Origin: Azolla caroliniana
Lineage: Eukaryota > Plantae > Polypodiophyta
Assembly: GCA_043228905.1 (NCBI GenBank)
Contig: JBHGNT010000004.1
Location: 18,476,001-18,540,000, forward strand
Reading direction: 5' to 3'
Length of the DNA: 64,000 bases
The notes beneath the pieces were generated by a model that was not told where the DNA came from, ran no database searches, and worked only from the letters and a program-made list of their open reading frames with translations. Every line of letters starts with the position of its first letter. Position 1 is the stretch's first letter. Positions 23,376-31,931 of the stretch are shown here, in pieces. Made by a program: the position numbers and the translations under genes.

Positions 23376-26300
23376 GAGTGTCCCGTAACAGACAGAAATT
23401 GCGGCTCTGCACCGCCAGTCGTTTCCTCTCGTCCCGGTTCATTTCCTCCGGTGGCAGGCCCGTGCTTAGGAACTGGTGCATGTTTGTCAGCCACCTATCT
23501 TCTGATGCCACCGTGTCGTCCGCTGCCGTTTCCGGGGTGATACGGAATAACTCTGCGTCCGGGAATTCATCCGCTACTCCGTCGCCCGATTCTCCGGACT
23601 CTAACCGGCTCAGATAGTCTGCTACGGCATGCTGGATACCGGGCCGGTGGAAAATCTCGAATTCGAACTCCTGCAACAGCAAGGTCCAATGGGCCAACTT
23701 ACCGGTCAGGGACGCCTTGGACACTAAGTACAGGAGCGCCCAGTGATCCACATGAAAGGAGAACTTCCTTCCCAATAGGTAATGACGAAACTTTGTGACA
23801 CTGTAGATCATGCCCAGGGCCTCCCGTTCCGTCGTCGAATAGTTCTTCTCCGTTTGGGACAGCTTCCGGCTGGCGTAATATACCGGCCGGTACCATTTGG
23901 GCTCCGTAAGTTGCATTAAGGCGCTGCCGATAGCGATGTCGGAAGCGTCCACGAACACATGAAATTCCTTGCTCCAATCCGGAGGCTGCACGACGGGTGC
24001 TTGCGACAAAAGTACCTTCAGGGCATTGTATGCCTTATCCTCCGTATCCGTCCATTGGAACGGTGTCCGATGTACCGCGGTGTGTAATGGTGTAGCCAAG
24101 TCAGCCAAGTGACGGAGCATCCGGCTTTGCCACCGGATCTGTCCTAAGAATCGGCTGAGTGCTTTGGCCGTTTTCGGCGCTGGTGCCCCTAGTATCGCGT
24201 TTACTTTGTCCGGGTCGACCGCAATGCCCTCCTTACTTACAATGTGTCCCAGTAAGATTCCACTTGAAACCCCAAAGATGCATTTTGCTGGGTTTAAGCT
24301 TAGCCGGTATAACCTACACTTTTCAAGGCATAACCGTAGGTGTTGCAAATGGTCTTTTCCCCGGCTATAGACTGCAAAATCATCCAGGAAAACCTGCATG
24401 AAGGCAGGAATGTATTCGCCGAAGATCTCCATGATGATTCGCTGGAAAGTTGCTGGTGCCGTTTTTAGGCCGAACATCATTACTTCGGCCACAAACACCC
24501 CCCATTCGGTGACGAACGCTGTCTTCTCCTGGTCGTCAGGGTGCATCCGGATTTGATTGTATCCGCTGAACCCGTCTAGAAAGCTATAAACTTCATGGCC
24601 GGCGACGGCATCCAGTACTCCATCCGTGAACGGAAGAGGAAATGCATCCGTAATTATGGCTGCATTTAGTTTCCTGTAATCTACACACACGCGGATTTTA
24701 CCGTTCTTCTTGGGGACGACGACGATGGGGCTCAGCCACGTCGCTTTCTTTACCGGCCGGATGAAGCCCACTCTTAGGAGTTTGTCGATTTCCTCCTTCA
24801 CTTTGGCGGCGTAGTTGGGGTTCATTCGGTAACGTCTTTGCGCCACTGGTTTCGCGTCCTTGCCTAAGTGGATCTGATGCTGATATAATTGAGGGTCCAG
24901 CCCTCGCATGTCTTCGTATGACCAGGCGAATACGTCGCGAAACTTCGTGAGAAGTTTGATCATCGCCGCTTTATCTTCCGGCTTCATTTCTTTGGCGATG
25001 TGTACCGGCTTTGATTCGTCCTTGCTTCCTAGGTTCACTTCGTCGAGCTGGGATGCTTTTACCCGTTGGGAAACGGCCATTTCCCGTTCCAACGCTTCCT
25101 GTGCTTGCCGTAATTCCCGAATCGCATCTTTGTCTGGTTCGGCTTCGGTTTCGTCCCGCTGCGGCAAGTATGGCGCTACGGCTTCAGCCACGTCAATCTC
25201 GAAGAGTGGTACGATCTTCGGGTGTTCCTCCAAGTACTGGGCTTCTTCGTCGTCTGCCAACCCTTCAAGCATGTTCACGCATTCCGCATACAGTGGTGTG
25301 CATTCCTTACCGTTGCTCGTCCGTGGTTGTGTCGGTACCCGGACCTTGGCTTTTCCGCGCCGGAAGGTAATCATATTTTTCCGCCAATTTTGCTTGATGT
25401 GTGCTGTTTTCAACCATGGTCTGCCCAGCAACAGTGGGTACGCGCCTTGCGCCTGTAGCTGCAGCACTACAGCCGAGATGTGAAATGTGTGACCTCCTAT
25501 GGTGACTTCCAATTTCCGTATTAAGCCCGTCGGCCGTACAGAGCTCGTATCCGCCATCCGTAGCCAGAACGAACATGGCTCCCATTCATGTATACCCAAG
25601 GCATCGCACGTGCGGAGGCTTATTACGTTCACCCCGGAGCCTCCATCGATTACTGTGCCGGGAAGTTCATGCCCTTTGACAATAGCTGTAATCACCGGAC
25701 TACTAGTGTCCACCACCGTCGGTCCCTCCTCCGGATTCGAGAAGAGGACTGGTGCCGGTGGGGCTATACCGTCTGTCATGCCCGTTTTTAGTCCTTCCGT
25801 AAATCGTGGCACGAGCTGCAAGAGTCTTCCTAATGGCAACGTGATCTGACATTCTTGCAGTGCTTGCCATGTCTCGTTTTCTGCGTGGCTACCGCCGGCA
25901 CTCCCTATGGTATTCGCCTTTTGCCGTTCCACGTCCGCGACGTTCCTTCCATTGGCTTCCTTCACCCATTCCGTCGCCGGTTTTCGTATGGCCTCTTGTG
26001 TTTCCCACTCTTTGGCCATGCCTTTCGACCGTGTGGTTACTTGCTGTACATCCGTCACTTCCGGAACCACCATATTAACTGTTGGTCGTTTCTCGTAGCT
26101 CTTTACCGGGCACTGGTTACTGTAGTGGCCTTCCTGCCTGCAGTAGTAGCAGTACTCTTTATGGGTATTGCTGGATTCAGCATTGCTGGTAGCCGGAGTC
26201 GGTCCCGTAGTGAGTGGTGCGTTCTGTGCCGGTTGGCTCCTTGGGGTTCCATGTTCCGGGTCCCTAGGGTGACCACCTTTCTTGAAATTACGTTTCTTAT

Positions 26301-27930
26301 TATTCTTGTTTTTATTTCGGTAGTCCGGTCGTGGTGGATCGTAAAATCGGCCGTAGTCCTCCTGGTGCTTGCGGTAACCAGGGGAATGGTCTCTGTCGTA
26401 TTGCTCGTGTCGTCTGTTGGACTCCCGATAACGGTCTGATCGCTCATACCGGTCGTAGTTATCATGCCGATTCCCGTACCGGCCATCATTCTCTTGTCTA
26501 TCTCCGTACCGGGCATCCTGTGCCGGTCGGTACCGGTTCATTCTTTGCCAACGATCGTCATCTTCGTCTCGGTTGCTTCTTGGCTCGATCCGTCGGACAG
26601 GTGGTGCTTGTCGGTTTAACAGGTTATACTCGCACCGGTCCGTTGTATGACTCTTGGATTGACAAATCACGCACTGGGTTCGCATGGTGCACTCCACTGC
26701 CGAGTGTCCGGCATTCAAGCAGATTGTGCATTGAATTGCCTGCCGGAACCGGAGATCTTCCTCGGTGGGTAACGCCCGTTGCAGTGTTCCCAGCGTAAGC
26801 CATGAGCTTGACTTTTCCATTTCTCTGACCCGGTCAATGACCTGGTCAATGGTGCTTCCTCGAAAGTCGATTACCGTACACACCGTGCGTAACGGTTCCC
26901 GGAGTGCGTTTAAAAATATCGTCCGTAATTCCTCCTCCGGGGGTGCACGGGCAAGCTGGCTATGCATTCGTTGAAAACGGATGACGAATTGGGGAATGCT
27001 TTCCCCTGCCTCCTGTCGGATCGTATAAAACAGGCCCACCATTGTCGTTTGGTCGACCTCCTTGTGGAAAAAATGCAAGAATTTTGCTTTTAATTCTGCA
27101 AAGGTTGTGATGGTGGCCGGGTCCTGCGTCCGCCGCCATCGTGTCGCTGGTCCTTCCAACGTGACCCCGAATTCCGCTATCTTCGAGCGTTCTTCTTCCT
27201 CCGGTGTCATTCGCTGGGACGTGTGATTTGCTTCCCATGTCTGCTCGAAGGCATGAACATGCGCTTCCGCGTCCGGATCATCGCGATACTTTAAGTATTG
27301 GAACGGCATGTCGTCGTCCAGTATTAGGCCGCGGTTTAGTGGCGTTTCTTGATATCTTTCCGGTTTCCTCTCCGGTTCCACTTCCGGTTGTTTTGCCGGT
27401 GCTTTTTCCGGTTCCTCTTCCGGTTCTTTTTCCGGTTCTTTCACCGGCTCGTCTTCCGGTACCTTTGCCGGCTCTTTCGTTGGTGTCGGTGGCTTTGCTT
27501 CTTCCACTTCCGGTGTTGATGGGTTGACGGCTTCCGTTTGCGGTTCCGGTTCTGGAGTCGGCACGGTATCCGACCCGTCGTCCTCCGGGCTGCCGGGGGT
27601 ATCGTTGCTGCTCCGGTAGTTCGTGTGCACGTTGTATCCCCCTTCGGAATCCGATTCGTAGGCTGAAAAGGCTTCTGCCTCGTTTTCTCCGCTTGCCAGC
27701 GCCGCCAGGAGGCGTTCGGTTTCCCGGAGACTACTTAGACTGCTTCCGTCGTCCTGGTCGCGAGTTTGCTGTAACCGAAGAGATTCCTCCGCGACTCTCC
27801 GGATCTCGTTGGAGAACGAACGATCCGAGCGAATTTCGTGCGCTGCTTGCTGGAAAGTCTCACGCCGTCTTTGCCGTTCGGCGAGGCGTCGAGCTCGGTC
27901 TGTAACCAGGTCGTGTGTTGGTCTAGTCAT
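23332..27930 (-). CDS. Gypsy gag-pol polyprotein (gag, 3 CCHC knuckles, protease, RT, RNase H), 1532 aa, frameshifted just before the integrase
   Basis: Motifs CTICLNAGHSAVEC, CVICQSKSHTTDRC, CYYCRQEGHYSNQC, VIDGGSGVN, RVCVDYRKLN, VFLDD and FVDASD. The frame breaks at ~23375 (LRDTL|YHKGADG). Confidence 0.95.
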   Translation of the reverse strand: MTRPTHDLVTDRARRLAERQRRRETFQQAAHEIRSDRSFSNEIRRVAEESLRLQQTRDQDDGSSLSSLRETERLLAALASGENEAEAFSAYESDSEGGYNVHTNYRSSNDTPGSPEDDGSDTVPTPEPEPQTEAVNPSTPEVEEAKPPTPTKEPAKVPEDEPVKEPEKEPEEEPEKAPAKQPEVEPERKPERYQETPLNRGLILDDDMPFQYLKYRDDPDAEAHVHAFEQTWEANHTSQRMTPEEEERSKIAEFGVTLEGPATRWRRTQDPATITTFAELKAKFLHFFHKEVDQTTMVGLFYTIRQEAGESIPQFVIRFQRMHSQLARAPPEEELRTIFLNALREPLRTVCTVIDFRGSTIDQVIDRVREMEKSSSWLTLGTLQRALPTEEDLRFRQAIQCTICLNAGHSAVECTMRTQCVICQSKSHTTDRCEYNLLNRQAPPVRRIEPRSNRDEDDDRWQRMNRYRPAQDARYGDRQENDGRYGNRHDNYDRYERSDRYRESNRRHEQYDRDHSPGYRKHQEDYGRFYDPPRPDYRNKNKNNKKRNFKKGGHPRDPEHGTPRSQPAQNAPLTTGPTPATSNAESSNTHKEYCYYCRQEGHYSNQCPVKSYEKRPTVNMVVPEVTDVQQVTTRSKGMAKEWETQEAIRKPATEWVKEANGRNVADVERQKANTIGSAGGSHAENETWQALQECQITLPLGRLLQLVPRFTEGLKTGMTDGIAPPAPVLFSNPEEGPTVVDTSSPVITAIVKGHELPGTVIDGGSGVNVISLRTCDALGIHEWEPCSFWLRMADTSSVRPTGLIRKLEVTIGGHTFHISAVVLQLQAQGAYPLLLGRPWLKTAHIKQNWRKNMITFRRGKAKVRVPTQPRTSNGKECTPLYAECVNMLEGLADDEEAQYLEEHPKIVPLFEIDVAEAVAPYLPQRDETEAEPDKDAIRELRQAQEALEREMAVSQRVKASQLDEVNLGSKDESKPVHIAKEMKPEDKAAMIKLLTKFRDVFAWSYEDMRGLDPQLYQHQIHLGKDAKPVAQRRYRMNPNYAAKVKEEIDKLLRVGFIRPVKKATWLSPIVVVPKKNGKIRVCVDYRKLNAAIITDAFPLPFTDGVLDAVAGHEVYSFLDGFSGYNQIRMHPDDQEKTAFVTEWGVFVAEVMMFGLKTAPATFQRIIMEIFGEYIPAFMQVFLDDFAVYSRGKDHLQHLRLCLEKCRLYRLSLNPAKCIFGVSSGILLGHIVSKEGIAVDPDKVNAILGAPAPKTAKALSRFLGQIRWQSRMLRHLADLATPLHTAVHRTPFQWTDTEDKAYNALKVLLSQAPVVQPPDWSKEFHVFVDASDIAIGSALMQLTEPKWYRPVYYASRKLSQTEKNYSTTEREALGMIYSVTKFRHYLLGRKFSFHVDHWALLYLVSKASLTGKLAHWTLLLQEFEFEIFHRPGIQHAVADYLSRLESGESGDGVADEFPDAELFRITPETAADDTVASEDRWLTNMHQFLSTGLPPEEMNRDERKRLAVQSRNFCLLRDTLPQGSRWNMETGSP

Positions 27931-30218
27931 CCATTACCGTCGTTCGCTGCGAGAAAGCAGGAATCGTGGTCGCCAAAACTGTGTTATTCGCTGGCCGGAC
28001 AAGGCCTAACACAAGGTGTCACGGAGACACTTCACCAAAGGGTGATTACGGCATAGGATTAAGATTCAACGATTACACCGACTTACGTAAGTTACACGAT
28101 TAGAATGCTTGGTTAATTACACGCTTAAGATATAACAGTAATTACAGAACGGAAATCAACACAGAAGTATAAACACCATATGCTCTATTAATTATCCGCT
28201 CCCATTACAATGGGGTCCGGGCCTTTAAATAGGTTTCCGGCCCGTAGTACAAAACGGTGCCTCTCGCACCTATTCGGGATCCGTCCGGATCTGGAACGGC
28301 ATACCGTTTCCAGTCCGTCCGTCCACACTATGCTTATTTACAACCATACTTAATTAATTCCTTCACTCCGTATTTTGGACTCCTTGCCGGCCAGTAACAC
28401 CAACAAGTTAATTACCAACTGTTGGTGCAACAATTTTAAAGCAAAGTATATTAGACGTCAAGATGAAATTTATTGACCTTTGAACTACATGGATTTGATA
28501 ATGTGGGGGTAAAGAGGATGAATGGTTTAAGATGGACCACCTTAATGGGGGATTAAGTCTGCACTTTGTGTTGGACGCAAATCTAAAGAATCCTATGACT
28601 TTCCAAGCTCTCGTGCAAATTTGTCAAGCGTACAATAAACAAATCAAGGTTCTACAAGCAGGAGCCGATTCGATAGTGGTGGCAATTCGAGGAATCTAAT
28701 TGCATCCCCTATTCTTAATCAATCATCAATATTACATGGTGGGAAAATGTTTCCTGATTTTTTTATGATATCTCCAACAACATATAAAACTAATACCCCC
28801 GTAATGCAAGAAACTACTCCACCTAAATTAGAAGGGGATTTCTTAGAGCAATTAAATCAGCGTTTAGATGAATTTACTCGACAAATACAACAATTACAGG
28901 AAAATTTTAATGTAAGTCAAACTTCAGAGGCTCAAAGGGAAAGAAGAGTGGTTGTATGCTACACATGTGGTGTCGAGGGGCACATATCAACACAATTTCC
29001 TTCACGACGACAAGGTGGTTTGGGTTGAGGCATGCATCAACCGCAAGACAATCAAAACAATAATATTAACCAGATCAATACGCAAGTGGCAGGAGGGGAA
29101 AACATTGTAGCTCAAATTCCAACAATTCCCCCTAATTTAAATCTTCTTGACTTTATGTATGATACAGATGAAGAATGTGATGTTGCACCTATAAAGAAAA
29201 CTAGGGAATCACAAAAAAATATAGCAATTGAAGGAGAGACTAGTAACTCTCAACAAAAGTAGAAGGCTAAGGAGACTAACTCGAAGGATGGACCTAGAAA
29301 GAAACATTCGCGAAGAAAGATTAAAATTGATGATATGCCGATGGGGAAAGGTGTGAAACCATTTGATCTCAAGCAAGAGCTAATTTCTAGTCCACCACGC
29401 ATCACTTGGCCAAAACTTCTCCAACTTTTTCCATCACCACGAAAGGAGTGGGGACATCTATCGAGTATACGAAAGAGCATAAGGACATTACATTATGCCG
29501 GAGTTGTGCATGTGAAAGCCCGAAAGGATATTCGACCAACTATCCCGATAACCATCAAAGGTTTTTTAATTAAGGATGCCTTGGTAGATAGTGGTGCTAG
29601 AATAAGCCTTATATTTGAGATTTTAGTAACTAAGATTAGAATTCCCATTTGTAAGAAGTCCTTGGCGAAAATAGCTATAGCTGACGGGGGTTTGGTTCCT
29701 TGTTTGGGGATTATAGAGGATGTAGTAATTGAATGTTTTGTTATATCTATTTCCATGGATTCTCATGTCATACCTCTTAAAGGGCCATTTTATTCCTTAG
29801 TATTAGAAAGAACTTGAATGCAAGAGTTAAATGTAATCCATGATTGGAGTAAGGGTATCATGGCCTTATCACCATCGGAGGGGTTCAACATCTTCTACGA
29901 CATGCATCTACAATGAGTAATTAATGGTGAAATGGAGAACGACTGATCTTCCTAGAATAGGGAGTGAGAAAGGGAAAGTTTATAAATATATCTCGGATTG
30001 GGAGGAAAATACATCCTATGTGGTGTCTAAGGACGAAGGAGAAGGCATGATCACCTGAAAGCATTATCACTTGAAAGCATTATCACCTTCGAGGAGGAAG
30101 ATAAGATGATTTCCAAAGATATCTAGAAAGAAGAGCGTCAAAGGGTAGACGTCATCAAGCATCACATCAATTTAAAGAAAGGAAGTGTTCCCGTTGCTCA
30201 AAAACTTCGTCGATTAGG

Positions 30219-30295
30219 TGTCATGATATGGCAAGACTCGAACCCATGACCTTATGCTACATGGGTCGAGCTCTTACCATTAGACTATAAATTGT
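30219..30295 (-). promoter_or_regulatory. tRNA-like Pol III A-box/B-box module, antisense at the very start of the LTR (second copy 35419-35495)
   Basis: Minus strand reads TAGTCTAATGG..GAGCTCGACCCATGTAGCATAAGGTCATGGGTTCGAGTCTTGCC, i.e. A box and B box at tRNA spacing. Confidence 0.7.
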
Positions 30296-30731
30296 AATAC
30301 ATAAGATATTATTTTCATTTATACTTTATCATAGAAAATTGATGTATATTCTAGATCTCTCTAGAACATTCTAGAAGCTTCAGGATTATTCCTGAGAACA
30401 CTATAAAAGAGGGCACTAGGCATTATGTTGAACCAAATTGGTTCAACGCTAGTCTTAAGCCTCTTAGCCACTTTGTACTTATCTTTTCACATAATATATT
30501 AGCTGTTGTCATCATTTTCTCTCTCTCTCATTCTCGCTATATCTCTCTCTCCTCTTCTCACTTCCTCTCTCGGGAATCTTACACAGTCCCGTCCTCTTAG
30601 TACTAATAGTACTGCTCTTCTTTAGTACTAATGCCATCTCTGCTTTAGTACTATTCCTGACGGTTTGAACCACTTTTTTCCTCCAGCCTACTTGTCGTTC
30701 TCCCTCATCATCCTACCCTTTTCCCTATACT

Positions 30732-31889
30732 ATGGCTACTATTAGCGCCCAAGAATATCAATCCGTTTTCTCCGAACTACAATGCCTAAAAGAAAAGTTT
30801 GTTGCCTTGGAACAAGAAAACCAACGGTTGATAGGGGATCTACAACAAATCACTCTAGAAAAACAACAAACACAACAACAACATGGGGAGTTAGCGTTAC
30901 GGGTACAACAACTCGAAGCAGCGTTGCAACAACAAGGATCAAGTCCCCAAGGATTTCATAAAGAGCCCAAGATTGGACTTCCTGTGAAATTTGATGGAAC
31001 GCGATTGCAATTCCAGGGATTCCTTAATCAGGTACGCTTAGTCATCCAGATGCATCCTTCCCGATATCCCACTGATGCATCTCGAGTCGGCCTAATAGGC
31101 ACGTTACTTAGCGGCTCAGCCTTGGCATGGTTCGCTCCGCTTCTAGAAAAACAATCGCCCTTGCTTAATAACTTTGAAGATTTTATTGGTGAGTTTAAAG
31201 CCTGTTTTGGAGATACCGACAACATCAGGACGACGATCAACAAGATCCGAAGATTGCGTCAAGGCGAACGTCCAGCCTCTGCCTATGCGGCGGATTTCCG
31301 TCTACTCACCTCAGATATCCCCTGGGATGATCAAGCCCTCATGGAGCAGTTTCGCTACGGCTTGCGCAACGATGTCAAAGACTTGCTTTTAACCTTCCCC
31401 GAAGAACGAAAGTCTCTTACGGAGGCAATCAGTCAAGTGGTCTGATGCGACAACCGCCTTTTCGAACGACGTTCGGAACGTCAGTTACAAATACCACGCT
31501 CTCGGCCGGAACCCACATAAGCCTCAGTCATGGCTAAACCATTTGCACGCGATGTACCTCAAGCCAATATTCCGACACCGATGGAGATCGATACCATGCG
31601 TCGACGCGGCCCGTTATCGAAAGAAGAAAAGCAACGACGACGTGCCAATCGATTATGTCTTTATTGCGGTGGACCAGGGCATATCGCCATCAATTGTCCC
31701 CATAGGCCAAGAAGACAGGTAAATCAAATCGTCGCATGTACTAAACCCGAGTCAATTCTTCCCTTCGGAGTGTCTGATAGTATTAATAGTACTAATAGAG
31801 TGTCAGATAGTATTCATAGTACTAATAGCCCAAGTATCTCAAACAAATTTGAAATCCTTAGTCAATTAGATGAAGAGTTAAACGATTGA
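30732..31889 (+). pseudogene. Chromovirus gag (coiled coil, capsid, CCHC)
   Basis: ORFs 30732-31445 (EPKIGLPVKFDG..LSGSALAW) and 31530-31889 (PMEID..CLYCGGPGHIAINC) are in the same frame with internal stops. Confidence 0.9.
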
Positions 31890-31931
31890 GTCCAGCCAAA
31901 ATAGGAGCCGTTTGGTTGGACAACAGCCCTA
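31877..31931 (+). promoter_or_regulatory. Candidate -1 ribosomal frameshift signal (slippery G TTA AAC plus stem-loop or pseudoknot)
   Basis: The heptamer is in gag phase and pol lies in the -1 frame. An 11-bp stem, GTCCAGCCAAA / TTTGGTTGGAC, starts 6 nt downstream. Confidence 0.75.

Larger units (their letters stand above)
18525..28399 (-). mobile_element. Young full-length non-chromovirus Ty3/Gypsy element with an extra 3' ORF
   Basis: 418-bp LTRs at 18525-18942 and 27982-28399 differ at only 2 positions by eye. TSD CCAAC. PBS TGGCGACCAC (tRNA-Arg-like) at ~27966-27975 on the minus strand. Confidence 0.98.

Noticed and set aside
19349-28056. Numerous plus-strand ORFs opposite gag-pol and the extra ORF
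   Set aside because: Antisense shadows of long GC-rich coding frames with no independent motifs.
30732-31889. Domesticated PEG10/RTL1-like host gene
   Set aside because: It lies between paired LTRs with a TSD and has internal stops, so it is an ordinary chromovirus gag.
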